64,000 bases of DNA from Octopus vulgaris (taxonomy: Eukaryota): the NCBI GenBank assembly GCA_951406725.2, contig OX597822.1, positions 63,798,001-63,862,000 of the forward strand. The letters run 5' to 3'. This document shows positions 1 through 14,645 of the stretch, piece after piece (within the stretch, counting starts at the first letter, position 1; each line of letters starts with the position of its first letter). The notes under the pieces were generated by a model that did no database searches, was not told where the DNA came from, and was given only the letters and a program-made list of their open reading frames with translations. Made by a program: the position numbers and the translations under genes.

Positions 1-669
1 GCATTTAATATGTGGGTGAAATAGGGGTGTGTTTAATATGCCCATGCATCTTTTATGCCATCGAAAATGGTAGGTTGAAATTAAGATAATACCATTAAAA
101 TGTTATAAAATATTAAATGGAACAGCAAATACATAGGATTGGTTTTAGACATGGAAGAAAATGAAAAAAAAATTTATATTTCGAGATTTAAAAAAAAAAA
201 TTCAATTGGAAAGAATATACTTAGCTACATAGGTATTGTATCACATATGTAAACTCACTCATCACATAAATAAACACCACTCATTTTTATTTCATTTTGC
301 TCTGTATTTTGTAACTTTTATTTAGATGTGGCTGTGTGGTAAGAAGTTTGCTTTCCAAACACATGGTTCTAGGTTCAGTCCCACTGTTAGAGATAGCAGC
401 AATATCTCTGCTAGCAATATGCATAGACTCACAGTGCCCATACATACATACATTACAGCAAATGCTGAACACAGAACAGGAAGCTATGGAACTTTCAACA
501 AGAATGCTACTAATAACGTAAAATAGTTGGTTTGTTCTTTACCATAAAATAACCAACAGCAACTAAGTGCATTGGGTTACAGACAAAACATAATTGGTTG
601 GCACTGCATGAAACATTGACCTCACAACTACTTCCATGGTTGCTTTTTTAAATTTTTTTTCTCTTCATT

Positions 670-1032
670 ATTTGTTTCAGTCATTTGACTGTAGCCATGC
701 TGGAGCACCGCCTTTAGTCGAACAATTCAACCCCAGGTCTTATTCTTTGTAAGCCTAGTACTTATTCTATCGGACTCTTTTGCTGAACCGCTAAGTTACA
801 GGGACGTAAACACACCAACAACGGTTGTCAAGCGATAATGGGGGGACAAACAGACACACACACACACATACATATATACACATACACGGCGGGCTTCTTT
901 CAGCTTCCATCTACCAAATCCACTCACAAGGCTATAGTAGAAGACACTTACCCAAGGTGCCATGCAGTGGGACTGAACCCGCAGCCATGTGGTTGGTAAG
1001 CAAGCTACTTACCACACAGTCCCTCCTGCACC
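670..1032 (-). mobile_element. tRNA-derived SINE, family A
   Basis: Reverse complement of the 39055 copy (gtgtggtaagtagcttgcttaccaaccacatgg..gttcagtcccactgc). Confidence 0.8.
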
Positions 1033-1351
1033 TATCTTAATAATTTATTCATAACCTACATATTTTTTTTTCATTTATAACATACAAGTTCCTTTAACAG
1101 TTTTCCCTTCTATATTTTTGTTTCTTTTCATAGGTTGGAAAATTCTGCAAAATTCACACATTTCTTAAGAAATCAAGAAGAGCAGAGTAAGTTGTTCTTT
1201 CTTGGTGTGATGAAAAAGAAAATGAGCATAAGCAGTACTTATTCTTAGACAGTTGAATTTATGTGTAGTGTCTGCCGAAAAATGGGCTGGAATCAAATAC
1301 TTCAATTCCTGTGTTTCAATATATAAAATATTATGGAAGACAGTTTAATAA

Positions 1352-1397
<46 letters not shown>

Positions 1398-1729
1398 CAA
1401 TAAGAAAATGGAGGGGATCAATAGGTGGTTCATCAACTTTTAGACATTATATTATGTCAACTTATTTATTTACTAAAATGACAATTACAAGAATATACAT
1501 ACATGTATAACATATGATGCTTTACATATAAAATATATTAATATATAAAGATACCAGTAATTATTAAAATATAATATACAGGAATATAAATTGGGAAAAT
1601 ATCTTACAGCTGTTTCGGCCAAGAAGCAAAAATATCTAATTCTACCTTTATTTCTCCAGTACACTGAAGTAATAAGTAGCTGAAATTGAGGTACTTGGGT
1701 ATTCCTCTAGGCTTTGACAGAGATTTTAG

Positions 1730-1768
<39 letters not shown>

Positions 1769-2699
1769 AAATTCAACTGATAAAGGAATAAACAGTTATA
1801 AACTTCACTAGCTCACAGCTGTTTCTCCCTGAAGATTTAGTGGGGTCATAGTTGATTGCCTGAATATTATCTTATAGCATCACAGAGCCTCAGACAGGAA
1901 TACAACTTCATAATAAAAATAACAAATTTTCACTTTCCGCTAAACATACTTTTATCACAACAGAGTTCAATTTTCTACAGTGATACTACGATAGTAGAGT
2001 TTTTCAAATTTAGTTGATTGGAAGCTATTTACAATGTGTCATGTAATCAATGTTGTTGGAAGGACAGTAATGACAAAATGATGCAATTCATTATGTTGTA
2101 GATAAGCACCATTATACTGCTGTAAAGTGTTGTTCGCTTGCAGGTCTGAACTGAAATCATGTTCTTTGAAAATTACTGGAGACAGATAAGTGGAACAAGA
2201 TGGTTTATAAATCATAAAGAGAATTGTAGATAACTGATTCCAATCAAAAATCAATCAATCAACAAAGGGGGTTATCTATTTGTAATCTCTGATTGGGAAC
2301 GGTACCATGTCCATAGTCAAAACACATGATGCTAAATGGTTTAGGCAATTTAGCTCCATGTTAATGGGCATTATAAGCTGGTGTGCATTTTGTAAGAGTT
2401 GGTGTCCTTTTGGGAAATGATAAGTCATAACAGAAGTACTAGCAATGTGATTCGGCTTTCAATTCTTACAGTAACATTACATAAATAAATTAGGAGATAG
2501 TGTAGAGTAGAGAAGACATTTTAGTCTTGCTGAGGGCAAAATGACCTCATTAGTGCTGGTACCATAATAAAATGCATCCAGTATTTAGAGTGGTTGCCAT
2601 AAAACGAAATGTATGAGTATAATGTGGTCTCAGAATCCCTTTGGATAACATTAACTTTAAATAAGAACTAACCCAGACTATGAAAATTCATCCGATCCT

Positions 2700-3077
2700 T
2701 TTCTACTCTAGGCAGAAGGCCCAAAATTTTGGGGGATGGGGCAGTTGATTAGAGCGACGGCAGTATGTAACTGGTACTTAATTTATTGATCCCGAAAGGA
2801 CAAAAGTAAAGTTAACCTTGGCGGAATTTGAACTCAGAACGTAAGACAGAGGAAATACTGCTAAGCATTTTGCCCAGCATGCTAACGTTTCTGCCAGCTC
2901 GCCGCTTTACGAATGCTGAAATATTATTTTCTACTCTAGGCACAAGGCCTGAAATTTTTGGAGAGGGGGCCAGTCGATAGATCGACCCCGAAAGGGTGAA
3001 ACTCAGAATGTAAAGACAGATGAAACATCACTAAGCATTTTATCCAGTGTGCTAACGTTTCTACCAGCTCACCACTT
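2700..3077 (-). mobile_element. Two tandem copies of SINE family B
   Basis: Two copies ending in gctaacgtttct(g/a)ccagctc(g/a)cc; B-box gagttcaaattcc on the minus strand in the first; the second is internally deleted. Confidence 0.75.
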
Positions 3078-6000
3078 TGTATGCATGGAAAAGCAGATGT
3101 AAATTGATGATGATGACATGAGTTCATATCTGCAGCAAGTATCAATTAGGACACACGATTATATACTACAGCAAGTTTACTCCTCAGGTAGAAAAATACA
3201 ATAGCAAAACAAGAGATGTTTGTCATCTTTGCATTTTACAAACCAGAATGAAGATCTGGTCATACAGATGTCTGTGATCCAGGAAATGATTAAATTACAT
3301 CCAACGCCTGTAATAATTTTCTGCTTATATATTCATTTGATAATGTAATTTCTTAACAATAGTGTCACTGGTAACAAGATCTCTAATTGGTGAATTATTG
3401 CATCATTACATTCTGATACTAAGAGCAACTATGGAGCAGCTGCAAATTGATAGAAGGGACTGGGTTCTTCAATCTTTCACTGATATATGGTAGCAAAGGA
3501 AGTATACATAAGTCTGAGAGAGTGTGTGCTTGTAAGTTAGTGTATTTGTATGTGTGTGCATATGTGCATCATCATCATCGTTTAATGTCTGCTTTCCATG
3601 CTGGCATGGGTTGGACAGTTTGACTGAGGACTGGGGAGCCAGAGGCTGCACCAGGCTCCAATCTGATCTGGCAAACTTTCTACAGCTGGATGCCCTTCCT
3701 AATGCCAATCACTCCAAGAGTGTAGTGGGTGCTTTTAAGTGCCACCGGCATGAAGACAAGTCAGGTGGTTCTGGCAACAACCATCTCAAAAGGTGTTTTT
3801 TACATGCTACCTCAAAAGGTGTTTTTTACATGCTCTTTTTCATGTGCATGTGTGTAATATCCTTCTTATTTTTTTAAAACCTGCTTTATCATGCTGGCGT
3901 AGGTAGGATGGCTCATTGCAGCTCTCCTAGACAGGCTGGAAAACCACGTCTCATTTGTAGGTTTCATTCTTAGGTTTCTATCCTTTCAGGGTCGATAAAG
4001 TAAGTACCAGTTGTGTTATGGGTTTGATCTAATTGACTGGCCCCCTCCCCTAAAATTTCAGGCCTTGTGGTTAGGGTAGAAAAGATTCTTAGTTAGGTTT
4101 CTAAGGTTGGATGCCTTTCTTAATATCAACCACATCACAGATCATACTGAAACCAATACGTGCACATACGCACACACACACACCACAGGTATCTATACAA
4201 TTTCCGGATTCCATTCACAAGACACTTGGTCATTTTAAGACTATGGTAGATTACAGTTGCTCAAAGAACTAAAGACAAATAAAATGTGAAACTATGAGAA
4301 GGCTGCAAAGCAAACTCTGTAATCACACAATTAACCTAACATTAGCCAACTCACTTTTATATTCAGAACGACAAAATTGTAGACTGTATGATGAAGCATC
4401 TAGATACTTCATAATATACACAACAATCAAAAAATAGAACAGGAGTGAACATAACAGTATGTGTGTGCACATGTGGTGAGCATAAAGATGTGATTTAGAT
4501 GGTTATGAAGTTTTCCAGGATATAATTTTAACAAAACTGAGATTATGTTATATATATATATATATATATGAAAAAAAAAAAGGGAGTATGATGAAGGATG
4601 ACATTTTCTTTTGTTATTTCTTTAAAAGTTGGTGTCAGAACCAACTTGAGAAAACAAAGCAATATCCTCTTGCACAGGCATACTGACACATGTTTATGGG
4701 AAAGTTGAAACATATTAACTGGCTGTTATACCCATTTTTTGAAGGACATTAAATAATATAAGCAAAAAAAAAAAATTTTTTTTTTTAAATCATTTTAAGT
4801 AAGATTAACCCTTTTGATACCAACTTGCCCGAAACTGTCCCTGGTTTTTTGATACAAACTTCATGTTCTGAAGTACTTGAAATTAAAACATTCCATCAAA
4901 ATTTAATCTATGTTTGAATACCAGCTTGATAATGACGAAGTTACTGTACAAAATTCTTCATTATTTTTAAAACCAATCTAGGTAAGGATTGTGTAACCCA
5001 GTAGAAATATAGCAATAAAAGGGTTAAGATAAACCCCCCCCCCCCAGAAACTTTATATTTTTGAAGTGAAGAATAAAATATTGGGTAGAAAAAAAAATTA
5101 TGCTAATTTTCCTGATGTCTCAGAACATCAGATGAAAGAATTTGGTATATTATACATGTATGTGCGCAAGTGTGTATATGTGAACATATATATATATATA
5201 TATATGGCTATAGATATATAGACAAGTAGATAGATAGATAAATAGACAGATGAGAAAGTGAATAAATATATGAGTTTGGGGGGGGGGAAGAGCTGATGGT
5301 GCAAAAATAAGAATGTGAGCACAAAATATGATATCTCTTTCAGACACAGGATAATAGCTCCATTAGGACATTGGGGAATAGGAATGTCAGTGGCACTGTT
5401 ATGTAAGGCTAGCCTGAGGCTTTTCCCCTCTAATTGTTCCTATTAGCTTCCATGACTGGTGGTTGCAAAGGAAGAACTTGGAGAGAAAGAGAGCGAGGTT
5501 TACATTAGACAGACACACACACACACGCGCGAGAAATTTTAAGAAAAGTAGAAGATAGACATAAGAAGAAAAAGAAATAAGAGAAAATATGTAAGATAAA
5601 GAAGAGCAGTTTACAAAGAGAAAACTTTACGCTAGTTATATAACATTATGTAAACTATATATATATATATATATATACACACACATATATATATATATAC
5701 AGAGTGAGAGAGAGAGAGGGGAGGGAGGTTTTACCAATGAAATATTCTTTGAAGTAAAATTTTTTGTTTTTTATTTCATAAAGAAATTGTTCTAAATGAA
5801 CCACTTTAATTACATCTTAAACTGGTGCATTGCAGGTTTTCTGTCTGCTCTTTAAGAAAAAAAAGCATTTAAAAAGAAAATTTATAATAACAATAATAAT
5901 AACAATATTTATAAGGATGATAATGATTATGATGATGAGGATGATGATGGCTAAAAATTATGCTAAGTAAATAAAAATATATACATATGTATATATATGT

Positions 6001-6542
6001 TAGCAGAATACTGAAAATAGAAATATTAAAAATAAAAAAAAATTAAAATTAATTAAATTACTATTATTAAGGCTGTTTCCATTCTAATTAATATCTAAAA
6101 ATGAGATATGAGTATATGATATGAGACAATATAATCTATTTGTGGAATGATGGCTTTGAGGATACATTTACATGTGGTTTTGCTGATCTTATGCTAAACA
6201 TGTTCATTCTGTCCCTTCTGTGAAAGAAGGGAAGAAGGAAAGAAAGAGAGGAAAGAATGAGAAAGAAAAGAAGGAACTATTTGTTAGTTGATTAGTCGGA
6301 GATTGTTTCATCTGAAAGAAACTGTCAGACAAGGAGAAATAAGTAAGATGCTAATAGTAAAGATAATAATGATGATAATAATTTTATTTATCATTATTAT
6401 TAATTTTAGTGTGAAAATGGGGTTTGGAAGAGAGGAAAGACAAAGGGAATTAAGTTGAAAAAAAAAAAAAGAATAGACAAAAGAAAAAAAAGATCATGAA
6501 GTCATCAGTGATGAAGAAAAATTATATATATAGAAGTGTGTG

Positions 6543-6590
<48 letters not shown>

Positions 6591-7423
6591 CATACATACA
6601 CACACAATTTTTGTTGATAGCAAATTCTAAGTTTTTCCAGTGTCGAGTCATTTAAACTGCTTGAATAAAACAATGCTGGCAAAACTTGGAAGTCACCGTT
6701 ATCAAAATTGTAATACTAGACTCCATATATGTATTGAGTCCGTTATTCGGTATAAGTTGGTTGCTTTTTATGTATATAAAAAACATATTTTTATACGTCG
6801 TTTGTTATATAGATATATTTATACAGTGAAAAAAACTTTTTAAGTTTGTTAAACCCCATTTTTACCAAGCTCTCACAGCACAGAACGTTAGACTTTTGAC
6901 GCAGTAATCCAAGGAAAAAAAAAAAAAAAGAGAAAATAGAAAGAGAGAAAGTGAGAAAGAGAGACAGAGAGAAATTGAAATATATTTCAAAAGGGGTAGA
7001 AAGAAAGAAAGAAAGAAGGAAAGAGATAGAAAATCTCTCAGAAATAAGAGAATTTTACATTGATATGGTTAGATACTGACAAAGCGAACCATATCTATTG
7101 AGGAAACAAAAATCCATATTTACATATATATAATACACATTATATAGTGACTATTTTATATCTATGTATATATATATATATGCATGTATACAAACACATA
7201 AACATCGATTCTTATACTGCTCTCTCTATGAATTGTGTATATATATATATACATCTATTCCTGTACAATCCTTTCTCTCTGTATATGAGTGTGTATGTAT
7301 GAATATACATAAATTCCATGCATATAGACATATATATACATATGTGTGTGTGATTATATATATATATATACAATATATCTTTCTTAGTACTTTTTGTGTG
7401 ATATTCTCCAGTCCTAACCTTAC

Positions 7424-7572
7424 CTGCATCTCAGACTCTTCTTTTCCTGATTTTAGAGTAACATCTGGGGCCTTAGGTGTTACTATTGGCATTGGTGAGC
7501 GGGGTTTTATAGGGCCACTTGATACTGGAGGGTTGGGTCTTTTATAAGGGCTAGAACTTTGCTGAGGCTTCA
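7424..7572 (-). CDS. Neogenin/DCC cytoplasmic Pro-rich exon (VKPQQSSSPYKRPNPPVSSGPIKPRSPMPIVTPKAPDVTLKSGKEESEMQ)
   Basis: ttttttctacaattacag acceptor, CAG|gtaagg donor; phase 1 start joins exon 20535 (KHL-V-KPQ); expected to precede the P3 exon. Confidence 0.85.
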
Positions 7573-10500
7573 CTGTAATTGTAGAAAAAACGTTAGCATC
7601 AAACGTACGGAGTAAGTAGCCGAAGACTATGGCTTTCTTTTTTTTTCTTCTCTTTTTAAATATTAAAAAAAAAAAATGATTAAATCTTTGATGTTATGAT
7701 TTATGAAGAGATAATATGATGAATAATGGCCACTTTTTTTGGATGGTAGGGATGGAGCAAATGAATTAAATTGTGCATGATTATCTTTGCATATGAGTAT
7801 AAATGTGTATGTACAAATGCGAAGCTATGGGTGTCTACAAACCCCACCACCCCGTAAAATAATGAAGCAGTGTAGGAACCAAATCTACACACTTTGGTAA
7901 GTAGCTGAGTACTGATGTTGGTTCAGAACCAGTGAGTGTCTTGATATCTTTTCATGTTGAGTTTCAAAAACTCTCATTCAACATTGCTCAGAGAGGAAAC
8001 AACTATATGAGGCTCGGTTATGCTAGACACACTACATAGAGATGAAGTCTTCAAGTAAACTTTAATAATCCATTGACCCATAAGATTGTCTCTCACTCAC
8101 ATACAGACAGATATGTTAAACAAGAACTTGTGTAAACAAACAGGGAAAAAGACATGTTCTAAATCAATGCCGTGTGTTTAAAATACTTGCTTTTGGGTTA
8201 TCTCAGTGGAATTGGAAAAGAAAGATAGTAGTTCTTCACTTTGATATAACGAAGAAAAAAATATCTTTATGTAAAGTCAACTTAACAACATGGCAGCTTG
8301 TTGATATTCAATATAGTGTGATATTTGTTCCAGATAACTGGAACACAGCTGACTGGACATGTAAAACCAGAAAATTTTCAATGAGACTGAAATACGATGG
8401 TGCTCCAGCATGACTGCAACCATAAGGCTGAAATTCATAAAAGAAATAAGAGATGCTGATTCGCTGAAAGTTTAAGGGTAAAATACCTTGGATACAGCAT
8501 TCATGAGCTATGAAGTCACGTTTATTCCTATTGCATTTATACTTGTGTCTGTGGCTCAATAGTTAGTTAAAGAGAAACATGTGAGTGTAGATAGAAAGAT
8601 AGATAGAGTGGGAGAAAGTATGAGTGGGATAAAAACTGAAGAGAAACAGCAGGGGAAAAAGAATACTCAGGTAAAATTTGAGAGGCTAGAATTCAGAGTG
8701 AAGGAAGGAATCAAGAAATATATATTCATAATTTATTGGCATTTTGTTGTGTTTGAAATTAAGAAAATACACAAACAAAATAAAACCACCTAAATTGGGC
8801 TGGAATAATTGAAGACTTCTCTATGTCTTTATGCTAGATAACAATCTATCACCAATGTGTAATAAGTGTTCAACAAACAGCCTCAGTATCAGTTGTATTA
8901 CATTTATTCATAAAGGGAATATAGATGGATATGTCAATCCATTTGTGCATATTGTATGCACATGTGTTTGACTGTAGAGCAGATATATGAAACAGCTAGA
9001 GGACAGTGCCCCACTATGGCCATAGCCTGGTTAAGTAGAACCAGTAAAAGAGTGGAAAGGAATTAGGTAAGAATGTTGTGAAAATGTCGTTTTGTTAAAA
9101 AAAAAAAATGAAATGACATGAATAGATACTTTTACAATTTAATAATATTCAAACCTTAAAGTAATTTGGGGGAATTAAAGAACAAAAAAATGAAGAATTT
9201 AGAAACTCTAAATTGATTTATATAATCACAACTGTGGAGAATCTATATGGAAATGCTGTACAATTATTTTGTTAATAAAAACTGTAAAATATGTTCAAAT
9301 GCTGTGAGAAAAGGCAGGTTTTGGATGTTTTGGATAATTGTTTTGTCAGCTTGCAATGTACGGAGACCAATCGTCCAGTTCATCATGAAACTGGGTGTAT
9401 AAAAAAATAACAGAACCTCACTTCATTATATATTTATCTACGAATGTACTGTTGATTCTTCTTCCACAGGGTCACCTTAAGTTGCCTACGATTCAAAGGC
9501 GATACCCTTTTAATTTGTTGAAGTGAGCTTTGTACAATAAGAAATGAGCTATTTGGAAGGCACACGCATACACATCAGACATGCATATACAGCAGACACA
9601 CAACAGGGTGCTTCACTATGTTGCAAATATTTCCCATCACTTACATACATGAAGTCTGTATGCGATGGGAAATACTTATAACAGGAGGGTATGAAATCTA
9701 TATTGTCTAGTTTTGAAGGAGTAGTAGTTGTGGGGACACATTAGGTTTAATAGACAATTACAGAACACTGAACTATATAGACAGCTAAAAACTAGAAATC
9801 TTGGTTTTACAGAGAATAATGATGTAGTTTTCTCTTCTTCAGTGAAGTTATATATAAATATTTCTTTTGCCTGGCAAACAGCCTCCACCTTTTTTAACAT
9901 AGTTTTTATATATAATATTCTGCTGTACTCATAAGGTGAGCGAAAGACTTTTGTGGAAAGCTCTTGTCTCGATAGCCTTTCGTTTGGTATCACAAATTAT
10001 TCAACTGAATTAGGAATGAGCCTTGGTTTTTTTGTCAATTGGGTAAATTTGTAAGGAGCTTAGTTTTATATATATTACACAAAATGGCAAGAAGATTCCA
10101 ACTATAGTGATAATAATACTTTGAACTTGAACTGCCAGTAAGCTTTAACCTCACTGTCAGTGTAGCTCTTAGCTTAAGTGTGCCAAAGCTTGTAGTTATT
10201 TCATTCAATAGAATATTAAACAAATATATTCCTGTAGTATATCTATCTATAATTAAATTGGCCCCACTTTTTTATTCTTTCAGTGCCTTAAACACTGACA
10301 CTTATTTCAGTTTTCACAGCTGATAAGCAAAACCTGAAAACACAGACTATTTTGCTAAGCATCCTCACAGCATATTAGAAAGGCACTTTGAATGTAAGGT
10401 TCTTCTGTTATTTCATTTATTTATTGTTTTGTTCAACATTTACCAAGATAATCATCTATGTGTATCTATCTAATGCTACCTTTGTGGAAAAAAAAAAAAA

Positions 10501-13500
10501 ATTTGTCAGTTTTTGAAAAATATATCAACACATCATAGAAACATTTTGATCAGATAAAAAAAAAAGTGAGAGGTAGGTGTGGAAGAGGAGAGTGGAATAT
10601 AAATCAGTTTGATAATGTCACCCCCCACACACTACACTTACCACTCTCAACCACCACTTCACCCACCTCCACCACAGAAATTGTAAGAATAATTATTAAT
10701 TTGCTGGCTTGGAAAATGTAGTCAGTTTGTGCGTGTGTGAAAAGGAGAGTTGCTGGTTTTTTTAAAAAATTAATTTATACCAAAATATTTATACAAATGG
10801 GGGACAGTGGTGTTATGATATGAAATAGATATACAATGGTTAAAGCAAATCCTTTATTAGTGGTTAATCATGCTGTTATAAGAAAAGGTTATTTTTTTTA
10901 ACATGATTATTAACTAGTAAAAATAGATGAATATTAAAAACTTTGTTAGTAGCATAGCACACATGGAAAAAAAAAAAAAAAACCCAATCCTTCCCTATAT
11001 CACCTTTTGATTTTTTTTTCTTTGTGATTATTAAATAGAACATTAATTAACCCAAAGCAAACGGTTAAATGGTGATAACTGATATTTTTTTTTCTTCCCA
11101 GAGAGAGAGAGAGAGAGTGCAAGTGAGCCATATTGGTACAATTTAGCAGAATTAATTAAATATCAAAATTAAAAGACACATGCAGAGTAGCTTAATAGAG
11201 AAGATAAATGTGACAGAAATAAAACAGAAATATATTCTAAAGTAATGAATAAAGTAAAAAAAAAAAATATATATATTACATGGTTGGTGATTATGAACTC
11301 TATTTTGAAGTGGGAGTTAGTTACAAACAGAATTTTACTACCTAAAAATTAGTTATATTTCTTCAGTTATTACTAACTGTTTCTAAAGATTTTTAATGTC
11401 AACACATTATTGGGAGGTGAGAAATCTGTATATTCTTTTAGATTGTAATTTATTCATCAACGAAAAGCACAAAACAAGTTGGAAATTTGCTTAAAAACTG
11501 GCTAAAAATGTAATTTTGTTTTTAAATGTAATATCTAATGCAATTCTTAGAGGTTAAATGTAACAGTACTGAAGGAGGATATTTTATTTCCTCTTTGGTT
11601 TACGTGGCATATTTTTGGAGTTTGATCAATTTCACATAAGCTTTTATTTCTTTCACAAACTACTTGAGTACTTTCGTAAATAATACTTAAATCGACCAGA
11701 CGAAATTATACTGTTATCTCGCTGGCATGGTTGTGTGTATGTGTAGAATATATCCAGTTTCATAGAGGCAGCGAGGGGAGATAATCTATGTGTCAATCTT
11801 TAAAGGGAAGTTACTCTGTATCTGACAGGATTTGTGATAAGTCTTTATTACTGAGACTACTTGCTAAAGAGTTATTATTATTATTAATAATAATAATGCT
11901 AAAATGGTCTGATTGTTCTTTGACAGTGAGGCATAATTTTTTTTTAAACGGACATATCAGGTAAAATATTTATTTCACAACTTCAAATGAGGCGGGTAGT
12001 ACATGGAAATTTGGATACGTAACATGAATCATTGAAGCAGACGTTTTATAGCCCAATAAATACTCTTCTTGTTGGTGTGCTGGTCCTTCTTTTATTGTTT
12101 TCAGGAAGGATTAAACAGCCAGAGAACAATAATGACTTCTTAACCTGGAAGTTACATCAAAGAGTTAACTAAATATTGTTGCAACTTATTTTAGGCAACT
12201 ATGAAAAGCTAATGGCTAGCAACATGTTCTGCTCAATTCTTCAACTATATCTCTGAATATGGAAGAGATGTGAGAGAATATTAAGCTCTGGGTTTGTTTC
12301 AGCTGAAATCAACTAAATGGTTTGTCTAGAGTACTGGTTTCTTTCTTTAATGAAAAGAAAAATGTGCGATCAAATAAATAACTTCAAAAAGACAATTTTT
12401 TTTAGTAAAAAATAAAAATAAATAAAATAAAAATCTGCAAAAGGCAAAAAACAAAGGAATGACATAATGATTGTTTTTTTTTTCTTCATAAGTGTCTCAT
12501 ATTATTTTTTTTTTTTTACAACTTCTCTGGTGTTTTTGAGTTTATTAAAAAAGTTAGTTAACTACTTTCAGTTTATGTCTACAGCTAAATAAACATCTAG
12601 ATCGAATACAGAAATATAATTGAAGGAAAAAAAATAATAATAGAAAATAAAAATTCAAGATGAAAAAATAGATTAAAGTTAACAAAGGGAATTTTCCAAC
12701 TTATCTCAATATCAAAATTAAAAAAAAAGAAATAAATAAAAATAAAACCTCTTTGTTATTATTAGAAATTTTTACTTTTCTGGCTCTTTTTTTTTTTTTG
12801 AATATTTTTCAATATTTGTTGACTTTTCATTTTAAACAACTTAAGAATGAAAATTTACAATTTTACATTCAACTTCCACTTCTAAATTTGTTTAATATTA
12901 TTAAAACAGTTTTTCAAAACTTTTAAAAAAAATGCAATGAATAATATATTTTTTTTTGAAAAAAATTCAAGTCAAAGTTAAAATATATATATTTTATGCT
13001 GGCAAATACACAGTTAATCGTTTTTCACAGCCATAGTTGTAGAGTCAACTCCTTCAGTCACAGACACGTGCATACGTTCTTCCTCTTGCATATAGACAAG
13101 TTAACATAATAAACCACATCAATAATAATAATAAGAAAAATAAAGTCATATGTATATCAATGCACATAAATACATTAAATGTGAGATTGTGCACGTGTGT
13201 GTATGTATATACATATATAAATATATATCATACATACATATTCATGCACACGCAATACAAACATACAAACACAATCTTACACACAAAAGTGTGAGTGCAT
13301 GATGATGAGGATGATAGGTAATTGTAGCTGAGACACACACACGCGTACATGAACTAACATACACATGCATATTACATATATAACAATAATAAATATATAT
13401 ATATAGTGATTGATGTCCGAACTGGTCCAATTTTACATTTGCTTGGAATATTTTTGATATGCTAACCTCATCAATATACATTTGAAAGAATACAGAGAAA

Positions 13501-14575
13501 AAAATCTAGGAATAGAGAGAATTAAATAACAAGCAGAGAGTTTGGAAGGAACTGAGATTTAGTGAATTAGTAAGGTGTTGTTTGAGACAAGACAACTATG
13601 AGAATGAGAAAGAATATTATAAATCATATATTCTAAGTATTTGGCAATATAACCAATGATTTCGAAGAAAGCAGAGCAGATCACAAAATAAAATAAATAA
13701 AGAATCAAACCTGATTTTCAGTTGATATTTGACAAATGATATAGATTAAATTAACAGTATAATATGATCCAATACGATAATAATTCACAATGACTTCAGA
13801 CTACTCGGAATCATAATGTATGCTCTAATTTTCAAATCTCTTCCTGCAAATTTTTCAAAATTTCTAAAATGATGGCTGAATGTTTTAGACAAGAAATGAA
13901 TGGATTAAAAACCCACAAGGAACATTGATGAAGCAATAGCATAAATGAAAGATGCTAATCATTTTTTTAATTGACTTTTAAAAAAATGACAAAGTAAATT
14001 TAATGATTTGAGCAAAGGCATGCCCATCCAAAAATCAAAAGCATAAAATGGAATATATTCCTTTTTCATTTTTCAAGCATTTTATTTTAGAATGTAGGCA
14101 AGTTCATAGAAAGAAACTAATGATTTCTTTATAATCAGACCAATTACTGAGAAAAGGATGAAATAAGGCAAGATGTGAGTGTGTGAGAGTGGCAGGGGTG
14201 TGTGTGTGTGTGGAGGTTTAGATGGAGAAAGGTGAAATTAAATTCAGAGCAATAGATTTTAGACAGAACCTCCAAAGAATTAGTAGAGATAAGAGATTTG
14301 ACAATTATTTAAAGAAAATATATATATGGGTGTGTTGTTGGTCTGGAGGAAGAGGTGGTATCCATGACTTTAACAGGTCCAAGAGTGGTGAGATCAATTG
14401 AATGTTTCTCTTTCTTGAGGTCTTGCATCTCAATGGTTGCAGGTAAAGCATGAAGGCTAATGGTCTGGAGAGAACACACTCGGCTTAATGGTTAGTGCTG
14501 GATACAGTACAATTTCAAAGAGCAAATACCATCATAACAACAGTGAGAGACAGAGATATAGATAAATAGGGGTGT

Positions 14576-14645
<70 letters not shown>

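Noticed and set aside
825-1040. Recurring ORFs with IHSQG..RRHLPKVP or LQLDALPNAN
   Set aside because: Non-coding SINE sequence translated repeatedly.
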